From contig OZ024744.1 in assembly GCA_964016885.1 (NCBI GenBank), forward strand, positions 25,110,001-25,174,000: a stretch of 64,000 nt of DNA. Reading direction: 5' to 3'. Shown one piece after another: positions 44,391 through 56,459 of this stretch (positions are counted from its first letter, which is position 1; every line of letters starts with the position of its first letter). Origin of the DNA: Eledone cirrhosa. Its lineage: Eukaryota. The notes under the pieces are model-generated. The model searched no databases. It was not told where the DNA came from and saw only the letters and a list, made by a program, of their open reading frames with translations. Made by a program: the position numbers and the translations under genes.

Positions 44391-46540
44391 GATTTTATTT
44401 ATTGGCAACAAGGGCCGACATCTAGGGAACAATACAAAGACAGGGACAGTGTGGGTTTACAATAGTGTCGAGTAAAAGTGCACAATGGCAAGACTAATTT
44501 ATCAATGAAGATATACAAATATAAAATAAACTATGTATAAATATAACAAAATAAATAAATTCACCTATCGGGGTTGGACGACCCAGGGGTGACTCAGGTA
44601 CCCCACCAAACCTGAACTACCCTGCGCTTCTAGAGCACACGAGGAGAGCACCCATCTCCTCAAGTTAGCTAGCCTATAGGCGCATGGTCAGAGTAGGCCC
44701 ATTCACACGGGCTATTCTCGCCACATTCATCCACCTTTCAGCAAATGTACTGGGGGCAGCACTTCTCTCTCCACCACCACATTCCTTTCCAAGTGAAACT
44801 TGAAGAAGTAGACGAGGGATTGGTCGAAGAGAAAAGTGTCCGTCTTCAGTCCTTTCAACCTCGTCCACCATACAACCTCTTTCGCAACTGCCACCAGACA
44901 GAGGAAAATTGCATGCTATTTCTGGCCAAAGGAAGGCGGCAAGTCGATCTTCACTATGGACTCGGCCGATAGCCGGATCCGTTCTACACGCGACTAGCTG
45001 TTCAACATAACTCCACAACATTGGACAAGTGCGTGCAGAACGGTTACGTCGCTCTGTGCGCATCTTGGGCAGGTCCGTCTGACAAAACTTCCGTGCCTGT
45101 AGAGTTTACCCCGAACCGGCAGTGCCCCCCGGTAGCACTGCCAAGCGAGGGATTTATGGAAATTGTCCATCGTCTCCGGCTCGAAAGTCCTCCGGAACAG
45201 ACTGGTCAGTTCGACTCCGTCAAGGCCCAAAGCCTCTATAGAACTCGAGAGTGGAAGTTCCACTGATCGCATTGCCAGCTTGGTAGAGGGAAGTGAGTGT
45301 CTGGAAACATTCCAGATGCCAGTCACCCAGTTTTGGTATCTTCTTGACCCAGGACTGCAGCTCAGTCAAAGAAATGAGCTGCTGAAAGGCCCGTCTGATT
45401 AACCGCGACCACACCTGTTCACCGTTTAGGCAGAACATCTGAAGATGTCGCAGCCTCAGCGCATGTCTGCGCATCATTAGCCACGGCATGCCTAGCCCTT
45501 CGCGTAGTGGGTGCTGGCAGCAGATGGATGACCTCACCAATGGAACTTGAATTTGAAGAGGAGCCGTTCCATCTTGACGAGGCGCGGACGGTGGCAAGGC
45601 ACGACGGTCAGGCGGTAGTAGATGATGGACGCGATGTACGCATTCGCCACCTCCGCCCGACCTTTCAGTGATAACTTCCTCGCAGATCATTCATGGTTGA
45701 GATTGGCTACCCTGCTCGTTACCTCGTCCCAATTCTTATCCACCTGGAAGTCTGGCCCGAACCAAACCCCGAGCAACTTTACCGGTCCGTCCGTCCAGCG
45801 CCCAACGACGCTGTTGGACGGCATGGACTTGCCTCTCCAGGTGCCGAGTTGCAAGCCCACCGACTTTTCCGGGTTAAGTTTGGCTCCTGCCAACCTTTTA
45901 TATTCCTTCAATAAGGTGCCGACCACCTCGATTTCTGAGGTGTCCGACACCATCACGGTGATGTTGTCCGTATAAGCCGACACAGCCCTTCCACGTCCCG
46001 GTTCGAGCGGGATGCCCTGCAACAGCTCCAGCTTCCGCATTGCAGGCTCGAAAGTCAATTCGTACAGAAGGGAATAGAGAGGGAACCCTTGACGGACCGA
46101 TCAGGAGAGCCGAAATTGTTCCGAGAGGTGGCCATTAACCTTGACCACCGAGCAGTTGCCGCTGTGCATTGCAGCGATCCATCTTCTGAAGACAGGGCCG
46201 AAGCCAGCCGCCTTGAGGACAGCCTCCAGTTACCGAAGATCGACCTTATCGAATGCTTTCGATTGATCTAAATTGATCAGTGCCTCACCGAAGCCAGGTT
46301 TACACCCTACCCTCTCTATGATGTATTGCATGAGGTGATTATCGTGTATGGACCTGGCTGGGATTGCGCAAGTTTGTGCCTCCCCAACCAAATCTTCGAC
46401 GACAAGCGCCAATCTCTTTGCTAGCACCTTGGTAAAAATCTTAAACTCTGTGATGAGCAGAGTTATGAGCCTGAAGTTGTCTAATGTATCCCTCTTTTTC
46501 TTGTCTTTCCTTATCAGCGTTACTACGTCCCGGCTCACAG
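44391..46540 (-). mobile_element. Tx1/L1-clade LINE, 5'-truncated, decayed
   Basis: NFR.ITLL, LDQSKAFD.V, QG.PL, AY.DN, LAWQCYRGALPV..CPRC..H...C; AATAAA and (ATT)n tail. Confidence 0.85.
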
Positions 46541-46544
46541 AACT

Positions 46545-48676
46545 GGGAATACAAGATAGAAATAAAAAAAATTCAAACAACACAAATTCCCCAAAAAGGG
46601 AGAAACCTCCGAGGGTCACTCGAGGCGAAAACCACACAAAAGACCACGGCCACCCTGACCACCAGGGCAAGCGCCCTCTCTCAATTTTCCCAGTCCTCAG
46701 TCTACAGGCGCATACTCAGAGCGGGCCCATTCATTCGGACCAGACTCGCCACTTTCATCCACCTTTCAACAAACTTACTAGAAGACAGCACTTGCCTCTC
46801 CACCCTGGTTTTCCGCTTCAAGTGAAATTTGAAAAAGTTAATCAGAGATTGGCCGAAGAGGAAAGTGTCCGTCTTCAACCATTTCAATCTTGTCCACCAC
46901 ACAATCTCTTTGGCCATGGCCACCAGGCAGATGAAAACTGCCTGCCCTTCCTCCTCTTTAAAGGAGGATGGCGAGGCTATCTGCACAATGGACTCGGTCG
47001 ATAACCGGATCCGTCCTAAACGTGACAGCAACTGTTCAACATAGCTCCACAAGTCAGCAATGCTCGGACACTGAACGAGTGTGTGCACAACGGTTTCGTC
47101 GCTCTGTGCGCATCTCGGACAGGTTCGGCTGACACAGCACCTCCGTGCCTGTAGAGCTTATCTCGAACCGGCAACGCTCCCCGGTAGCACTGCCAGGCCA
47201 GGGATTTCTGGAAGTTGTCCATAGGCCCCGGGCTGAAAGTTCTCTTCAAAAGAGCAAACAGCTGATCGGCTTCGACGCCCAGGGTCTCCTTGAGAACATT
47301 ATCACTCTTCCCCTCCACTAGTCCTCTATAGAACGCTGAGGTGGATGTTCCACCGATACTAGTGCCTAACTGGTACTGGTAGAAGGCTGTGAGTGCTTGG
47401 CGACATTCCAGCTTCCAAGCGCTATCCCTCGGTCTTTTCCTGATCCAGGACTGCAGCTCCGTTAATGCGACGAGCTGGGGAAAAACACGTCTGGCAAACG
47501 GCGACCACACCAGAGGTGTCAAGGAAGCACCAGAGATGTCGCAACCTCAGCGCGTATTTGCGCATCATCAGCCACGTCATGTTCAGTCCTCCATGCAACG
47601 GGTGTTGACAGCATATGGATCGTCTGTCCATGGGAGCACATCCCTTCCTTAAAAAGAGGGAGAGGAGGCGCTCCATTTTTGTCAGATTTGGGCCGGGGCA
47701 AGGCACAATGGTTAGGCGGTAGCAGATGACGGGTGCGATAAACGCATTCACTACCTTTGCCCGACCTTTCAGGGACAACTTCCTCTCGGCCCACTTCTGG
47801 GTGAGAGAGGCCCCCCTGTTCGTCACTTCGCTCCAGTATTTCTCCATCTGGAGGTCCGGACTGAACCAGATCCCGAGCAATTTAACCGATCCTTCCGTCC
47901 AGCGCCCCACGTCGCTGTTGAACGGCATGGACTTGCCTCTCCAGGTACCGAGCTGCAAGCCCTACGACTTTTCCTGGTTTAACATTGCTCCTGTCACTGC
48001 TTCATATTCCTTGAGAGCAATGCCGAGCATTTGGACATGCCTGCCCAGTGCTTGACACCACCACGGTAACGTGGTCGACATAAGCCGATACGGATCTCCC
48101 ACATCCCATGTCACGTGGGACGTCTCTCATCGCCTCCAATTCGTGCAGTAATGGCTCGATGGCCAATATGTACAAGAGCGACGGGCCGAGAGCATGATGC
48201 TGAACAGATGTGACAGGTGACTGTTCATCTTCACAACTGAGCAGATGTCGTTGTGCATCGTACGATCCAACCTCTGAAAATGGGCCCGAAACCAACCGCC
48301 TCGAAACCAGCCGCCAATAACCGATGGTCGACCCTATCAAATGCCTTAGATTGATCTAAGTTGATCAGGGCCCCACCCGTGCCAGGTTCCTTAACCACAC
48401 ACTCTATGATGTATCGCATGAGGTGCAGATTGTCGTGGATGGATCTGTCTAGAATGGCGCATGTCTGCGTCGCTCCTACCAGATTACCGACGTTGCTAAC
48501 ACCTTGGCCAAAATCTTAAAATCTGCTTTTAACCGAGTTATGGGCCTGAAGTTGTCTTTAACGTCTCCCGTTTTAGGGTATTTTCTCAGCAGCGCTACAG
48601 CTCCCCGGCTCACATAAGTGGGAATGCTCCCGTTCTGCTGCCAGTTGCAGTAGTCATCTGCCAAGAGTTCACCGAA
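46545..48676 (-). mobile_element. Tx1/L1-clade LINE, second 5'-truncated copy in tandem
   Basis: Same RT and C-terminal zinc-binding motifs as 44391-46540. Confidence 0.85.
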
Positions 48677-48679
48677 AAC

Positions 48680-49287
48680 TAGAATATATAAATAGACACT
48701 CCAACCACCCAAATGCCGTTATTAACTCTATTGTTAACTCTATAGTTCAGAGTGTATCTAACAGAATGTCCACCCTGTCAGCTAATAGGTATATCTTCAA
48801 CCAGCATGCGAGTATTACAACACCGCACCGGAAAGGGCAAAATACGAAGATAAGATCACCTATGATGACCAGATTGACTATGCAATGTTACACAATCAAC
48901 ACAAGCCTTCAGCAACACATACTGAAAAGAACATCCGCCCCCACCAGGGTAACTACCACTGAAAGACCACCATTAGCCGACAGGTCAGATGAAGGCACAT
49001 ACCACAACCAAGGAGGTAAAGCTATACCCTCCTACCCCTCTATGAACAAATGCCTAACATACAAACACAAATAAGTAGGAACCAACGATTAAATGGTACA
49101 AACCACATCAGAGCGCACAAGACAATTACGCCTGACCAAAACGCACCCACAAACACACCAAGCTACACTAACCACACTAAATGTCAAAGGACCCGAAGTC
49201 GAACCGTAACATGGTACAATGCCCCGTACTCGATACACGTTGCTACCGGAACATTCTTCAGAGCCCTTGATCTATCCTTTCCACCCA
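48680..49287 (+). mobile_element. Naiad-type PLE internal fragment
   Basis: YINRHSNHP..SNRMSTLSAN..IF, R.VTWYNAPYS..V.T..F....FP. Confidence 0.7.
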
Positions 49288-49720
49288 CACAAGGGCCGAC
49301 ATATAGGAGACAATACAAAAGACAGGGGCAGTGGGGGTTTACATATACAACGTGTAAGCAATATAAATAACAATAACAAAATAACAAGAAAAATACAACA
49401 ACGAAAAATTCCCCAATAGGAGGGGGGGTAACCACCCAGGGTTGATTCAGATACCCCACCAATCCTGAACCACCGGACGCTTCGAGGGCACCCGGGAAGG
49501 CACCCCTCTCCTCAAATTCACCCACCTACAACCGCATGATCGGAGTAGGCCCACTCACACAGGCCATTCTCGCCACATTCACCCACCTTTCAGCAAATGT
49601 ACGTCTCTCTCCACCCCCCACCTTCCTTTCCAAGTGAAACTTGAAAACGTTGATGAGGGATTGGCCGAAGAGAAAAGTGTCTGTCTTCAGTCCTTTCAAC
49701 TCTGTCCACCATACAACCTA
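49288..49720 (-). mobile_element. Tx1-like 3' end fragment
   Basis: Homologous to 44407-44880. Confidence 0.8.
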
Positions 49721-50913
49721 CTTCCGATTCTTGTTGAAGGGACACATTCCGGTCGTCAGACGGTCCATCTGCTGTCAATAGTCCCTGCGAGGAGGACAGG
49801 GAATGCCGTGGCTAATGGTGTACAGACATACACGAGGCTATGACATCTCTATCGCTTCCTTAATGGTGAACAGGTTTGGTTGCCGTTCACCAGACACATG
49901 TTTCCCCAGCTCGTATCCTTAACGGAGTTACAGTCCTGGGTGAAGTGGACACCGAGCGCTTGGAAACTGGAATATCTTCAGGAGCTTACAGCCCTTCAAC
50001 AATCAGGAAATATGATCGGTGGAAACACCCCCTTGGCGTTCTATAGAGGATTAGTGATGGATAAAAACTACGATGTTCTTAGAGAAACTCTAGACATCGA
50101 CGAAAATCAAGTAGTCACTCTTTTCAGAAAGACTTTCGGTCCAGGCCCATGGATAATTTCCAGAAATACCTGGCATGGCAGTGCTACCGAGGAGCTTTAC
50201 CAGTTCGAGATAAACTCTACAGACATGGAAGTGTCGTCCTGCACGCAATCATCCAGTGTCCGAGCATTGCTGACTTGGGGGTTTATGTCGAACACCTGTT
50301 GTCACATGTAGGTCAAATTCGGTTATCAACCGAGTCCATTATGAAAATTGTCTCCCCACCTTCTATTAGTCAAGAAGGGCGGGCCCTTTGTATATGTCAT
50401 GTAGCCATGGCGAAAGAGGCTGTATGGTGGACACATTTGAAAGGTTTGAAGACGAGCAGTTTCCTCTTTGGAGAAGCCCTGATTAATTTCTTCAGGTTCC
50501 ACATGAGGAGGAAAATAAGGGTAAAGAGAGAAGTGCTGCCTTCAAAGCAATTTGTTGAAAGGTGGGTGAGAGAAGCGAGCATGGCCCGAGTGAATGGGCT
50601 CGCTATAGGTTAAGCCTGTAGATTGAAGGAGTACCACTGGGACAGGGCACTTGCTCTAAAGATCAGAGCATCTGTGGTTTTATGGGGTGTTTTCCACGAA
50701 TGACCCGCAAACGTCTCCTCCCTATTGAGGAAACTTCTTTGTTTTAATTTTATTGTTACCTTTTTTAACATTGTTAAAATTTGTTTACACGCCAAATCCA
50801 CACACCAATACACAAACACGCGCGCGCGCGCTATCATTTCGTCCTGTACTGTCGTTATGTTTTTCTTGGTGTGGACACTTTGTGGTTAATAAAGAAGTCA
50901 TTATTATTATTAT
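49721..50913 (+). mobile_element. Tx1-like 3' fragment with (ATT)n tail
   Basis: RRSICCQ..GMPWLM, LAWQCYRGALPVRDKL; aataaagaagtc(att)n. Confidence 0.8.
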
Positions 50914-50919
50914 TTGTAT

Positions 50920-51681
50920 CAGTTCACCTTGGACTTCCTTATGATTTCTCGCCTCCACCAAAGACGGTCGTTGTGCCTTCCAAATGACTCGCTTGCGTTA
51001 CTAACATGCAGATTAACTTCTGCATCCAGAGAGTAGGCCGCGCACTCAGAGTACTCCCCAAATACACAAATGTGTCAGCAGCCTTCAGCTTTGAAGGGTT
51101 AATTAAAAACTTTATCCGGAGCAGGTTGGTACATGACGACAGTCTTCTTCAGACTGATTGTCAGTCCAAAAGCACTGCATGCATTGGAAAAGGAATCCAT
51201 AAGGTGTTGCATGTCACTCTGGGAATGTGCAAAGAAATCACAATCATCTGCATAGAGAAATTCTCTGATCAAGATACTCAGTACCTTAGTGTTACCAGTC
51301 AGACGTCTAAGGTTGAACAGCTTGCCGGAAGTGCGCTATCTGAGATAGATACCATGGTAACAATCCTTGAAGGCCGTGAAGACATTGCGAAATACGCCAT
51401 TGAATTGGTGTTTCCTGAGTGTGGAAAGATTTGTTTGAGCAAATCTGGTCTTAGGAGCCACAGTCGCAGCCATGATCAGCGAGAACTAGTGAACTATGAT
51501 CTCCACGGCATTGTGAAGGTTCACAGGCAACCTGATGCAAGACCTGAGGCCAGGGAAATCCAAAGTTGTCAATGTGTGATGGAGTGCAAAACTCTAGCAG
51601 GCTTGAAAAGCCATATCCGAGTGTCACATATCAGAATTTGGCAAGTGATTGCAATACACTTAGCGTGAGCTTGTAGCCACC
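50920..51681. mobile_element. RTE-clade LINE remnant: inverted RT piece (minus, about 50920-51376) plus 3' end (plus, about 51380-51681)
   Basis: Minus: GKLFNLRRL..FLYADDC..FGLTISLKKT.VM.QPAP; plus: two C2H2-like fingers, then GTAGCCACC-(ATGT)n. Confidence 0.85.
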
Positions 51682-51886
51682 ATGTATGTATGTATGTATG
51701 TATGTATGTATGTATGTATGTATGTATGTATGTATGTATGTATGTATGTATGTATGTATGTATGTATCTTCGCAGTCATAAAGGGAGGCCAGTGGTTGAC
51801 TACCAGGCTGCTGTTGGAGATGCTACTCATCATGCCTGCCAAGCATGTGATAGAGAATGTAAATTAGCAGGAGGGTTCAAACATGT

Positions 51887-53920
51887 CTACCTAGTTGATG
51901 TGTAAATTCCAATGAGAGAGTCTTGTATCTCTGTTAGTAACCAACTCTCTTTCTATTGGTAAAATGTGTAGTGTTTTGGCTACTACATCATGCCTCATAG
52001 GTAGATAGTACCGCGATGACATCTTTGGACAGCTGCTGATGACATGGGTGATATCCTCGATGATAGTTCTGCAGAGTCTGCACTTGTTATCACATCTAGG
52101 CGTTTTGCCTGCATCCCCATCTCTTTTGTGAATCAGGTATTTCGTGTTGATTTCCTGTTCTTGGATTGCAAAATCGCATCCTTCAAAGTGGGAGCCAGTA
52201 TAGCGGTTGTTGGTCCAAGATAGACTACTTTCCTTATCTATACTACTCTCACTCTGGAGCTTCCTAGCAACATATCCATGCATGATTTTTTTGCTGATAA
52301 GCATGCAGTTTTTCATCCATGGATTCACTGCGGTACGGCTGGGAAACGTCCCTGGGTGTGAGTTTTTGATTATGATGCAGGGAATATCTTTCAAGGTTCC
52401 TTCCCAACTCTCATGATCGTAGGATCCCATCTATCGAGCAACTCTATCTCATGCGGATAGACTTGCTACGCTTCGAAGTTCGACATTCAAATGTCTGGAC
52501 TGATGTTAGGCCTCTGCCTCCCTGCTTACGTTTCAAGCAAAGGCGATCTATGTCACTGTTGATGTGGAAGTTTCCGGTGTTGTTCAGTATTTTTCGAGAC
52601 CTAACATCAACTGCTCGAATTTCGTCTGTCGTCCAATCGAGTATTCCAAACGTTGGTGTTAAGACAGACACAGCAAACACATTGTGAGCCACTGTTTTAT
52701 TTTGCGCAGAGAGTTCTGATGACCATATTTTTCTTAATCGGGTGTAATATTCCATGGTTACCCGTTGAGAACGTTGTAACCAGGTCAAGATTTTTCTTCA
52801 TCCCATCTATGTTCTTGGCATAGATTTTCAGGTCATCCACAAATAAATTATGGGTTAAGTTCGTATTTCTGACCTCCTGTGAGCCAATGATGTACGCTTC
52901 ACATTTCTTGAGCAGAAAGGACATGGGGTTTAATAACAGGATAAATAGTATCACACAGAGACTGTCTTCTCTGTCTTTAACTTTAGGATAGTAGCCCAAG
53001 AAGAAGGCAGCCTCTCTATGGCTCTGACAATAATGTCTGGGACTTTAGCAAGTCGGAGAGCCCCTATCATCCAAGACTGAGGAACAGAATCAAATGCTTT
53101 TCTGTAGTCCAGCCAGGCTGTAGCCATATTCCTCCTAAGTTGTCGCACCTCCGACATCGCACTTTTGTGATTAGGAGTTGTTCAGCACATCCCCAAACCC
53201 CTTTCTTTCCAGCTGCTTGTTCATCTGTGATGATGTTATTATTTTCACAGTGATCTTGGAGGAATAGGTTCCGGCAGGCTGTATACATCTTATACATCAG
53301 GTTCTGGTATGCAATGGGTCGGTAGTTTTTGCCAAGTAGGTGTCTTTGTACTTGGGGACCAGTATTGTTTGTGCTAATGTCAACCATTCTGGTATATGTG
53401 TATCTCCCTTAAGAACTTGTTTGTAGAGGTCGATAAGATATATCCGATAGAATATCAGTTTTTTTTGTACCAGTAGCCGACAATCATGTCCCTTCCTGGT
53501 ATTTTCTTATCTTGGAGTTTTCCTATCACAGTCTCAAGGGCACCCTCACTTATTTCGTATGTTTTTGTTGTAGTGTAGGAGCAATAGTTCTTTTGGATTT
53601 CTTTTAGCCACACTGCATCTTGGTTGAAATTCTTCTTTTCACCCCATATTTTGCTCCAAAAGGAATCTGTCTTTCTAGGATGGGGCCTCAGTGACACTTA
53701 TTATTTTGTTCTTCATATCTCTATAGACTGATGTTTGGTTTCGTCTGAATCTTTTATTAAGCACTTTTCTCTCATCTACCTTCTTCAGGTATCGGCGTTT
53801 TTCGCTAACAGCTCTCAATTCTTGTTTGAGAGTGATCAGCTTATATTGGAGAGTTCTGGTTCTACTGTTACCAAACATCGTCTCTATTTTATTTTTCACT
53901 CTTTGTTGGTGAGGAGTGAA
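51887..53920 (-). mobile_element. R4-like element, paralog of 35978-37625, internally deleted, with inverted 3' UTR piece at 51887-51968
   Basis: Long colinear DNA similarity to 35978-37625; extends to CRLC..EDITH..C..RHDVVAKT. Confidence 0.85.
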
Positions 53921-54017
53921 GTATGTATGTATGTATGTATGTATGTATGTATGTATGTATGTATGTATGTATGTATGTATGTATGTATGTATGTATGTAT
54001 GTATGTATGTATGTGGG

Positions 54018-54580
54018 ACCTGTCCCATGGTCAGGTCGTTGGCGACTAAACTGGCAAACCCACCAAGGTTTCATGGTAAGGAGGGTGACTTTGGACATCC
54101 TGCAGGACTAAAAACAAAACCTGTCAAAGGGCAAAATAGCTCTTAAGAGTCAATGGCCATCCAAAATCACCGGGAGAGATGACCCCTTAGCCTTTGTCAA
54201 GGCAGAATTCTAGGAGAAGGAAAACTCTGATATAACACCTGCAACTCTGATGGTATCCAATGATGTTGACTTGTTCTTCTTTTTGGTAAATATCATCTTG
54301 GTTAAGAGAGTGGGACTGGCTTTGTGCAGTGCCTTTGCTCACTATAAAAGCTTCACGGCACAGGCATTGCTTTATATCTGGAGATCTCTCTGCACTTGTC
54401 GTCACATGGTACCATGGGCCCAGCACTATATGTCAATAATTGTCACAAGTGCAGTGTTTGTACCAGAGTTTTCAAGTCGCTGGCTGGACTAAAAAGTCAC
54501 ACTCGTTCAGCACATCGGTAGGGGTTCTCCTACATGGATATAAAGTAGTGGCCGTACTCGAAAACGAGTTGGCAGCCACC
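54018..54580 (+). mobile_element. RTE-derived non-autonomous element, slightly 5'-truncated
   Basis: Reverse complement of 8606-9170; (TATG)n on both sides. Confidence 0.8.
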
Positions 54581-54611
54581 ATGTATGTATGTATGTATGT
54601 ATGTATGTATG

Positions 54612-55580
54612 TTTTCTCTTTCTCTTAATTTCGAGTATATTTTTTTGACCGGCCACCTTCCTGGTGGCAAGGTTGTAAAAGAAAAGAAATTGTCATCCCT
54701 TGAATAGCAAGAATGTTTTGCAAATTTTGAAGGTGCCAGCTATCGCAGCCATTTGTAGACTATGAATTAGGGAGCTGCGCTTTTTGTCCGCAAATCCAAG
54801 TTCGGTCATACTTTGGTTCAAGCGGGTTGGTATATAACCCGTAGCACCAATAATGATGGGTATGAAGCTAAAGGTGTATCTTCGATACTGGATTTGTAAA
54901 CTCCTCATCAATGGTCCGTAGATGTCCTCCTTCTCCTGTAATTTTCTGACAACGTTTACATCAAGTGGGCAGCTGATCTCCACAACAGAACACGTTTTCA
55001 ATGTGTGGTCCCAAACTACAATATCAGGCCGGTTGTGCTTTAATTTGGTGGCAGTTTTTATTTTCAGGTTCCACCAGTATTCCTTAGTGCCATCTGTCTC
55101 AATATATTCTTCCTCGTTTGTTGTTAATTTTGTTTTCCGAAGTGCGTTCCAGATAGTTCTAGCTATCCCATCGTGCCTCATGGGGAGGTAGTAGCGAGAT
55201 GACATTCTTTCGCAGCTGGCAACAATGTGGCTTACATCCTCGATCTTTGTTTTACATAGCCTACATTTATTGTCAGCTGCTGGCCCTCCTCTTTTGTGCA
55301 GCAGATATTTGGTAGGGAGTTCTTGTTCCTGTATTGCATAGAGATATCCCTCAAGTTGTGATGTCATAAACTTGTCGGAACTCCATGCCAGGCTTTTTGA
55401 GTGGTTTATCCCCTCTTATGGTCTGTGTTTTACGCCTCAAGTATCCATGCACAACTTTCTCTGTAAATTGGTCAATTTTTTTTTCTTGTTTGAACATTGA
55501 ATAGGATCTTCCGATTTCTCTGGGTGAGAGATTTATATCAGGCTTTATTCCATATCTCTCCTCCAGATCAGTCGCTATTC
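54612..55580 (-). mobile_element. R4-like 3' fragment (zinc knuckle + REL), related subfamily
   Basis: EGYLYAIQEQ..CRLC..EDVSH..C..RHD..HNRPDIVVWD..VEISCP..K...Y; (TATG)n on both sides. Confidence 0.88.
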
Positions 55581-55669
55581 TATGTATGTATGTATGTATG
55601 TATGTATGTATGTATGTATGTATGTATGTATGTATGTATGTATGTATGTATGTATGCATATATGTATGT

Positions 55670-55870
55670 CATTCTGGCTTTATAATTTCACATATCTTTA
55701 GCAATAGAGAGAGAGTCGGCTTCTCACATAGACACAGGACCCTCTCATTGGAATTTACACAACATCAACTAGGTAGATATGTGTGAATGTCTGCATGTAT
55801 GTGTGTAGATATGGGTGTTATTGTATGTATGGATGTGTATGTTTTGAGTTGTATGAGTGTATGTATGTCC
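55670..55870 (-). mobile_element. R4-like 3' UTR-only copy
   Basis: Matches 39105-39290. Confidence 0.8.
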
Positions 55871-55910
<40 letters not shown>

Positions 55911-56010
55911 CAGTGGACGTGTGGTAAGGAAACAGGTGGACTCTAACTCACCAGAGTACTCAATCCTTTGAGTAGTAGAGTGGGTAATAGAGTGGCCCTG
56001 ACTCTTTTCC

Positions 56011-56195
<185 letters not shown>

Positions 56196-56459
56196 ACAAA
56201 GTCAATCTGTAAACGCAGAAGTGGATATTTCAAAAAACGTTGCAACCGGAGGAAGACAGGAAGACGATACTTTGGTTCGTGGTAACGTTCCCTGGCAAAG
56301 AACGGGAAAAAACGAATATAATACGTCATTAAATGGAGCGGTGAAAAACAATTACGCGCAATGACAGAACCACGTTTAGTCGTAGACTAATGTTCTCTTA
56401 GGTGGTTCATAGAGACGTTCTCTGGCAAGGAACGGAAAAAACGAAGATAATACGTCATA

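Noticed and set aside
51006-51668. Host C2H2 zinc-finger gene
   Set aside because: Chimeric frame made of antisense RTE RT plus RTE terminal fingers, ending in a retroelement tail
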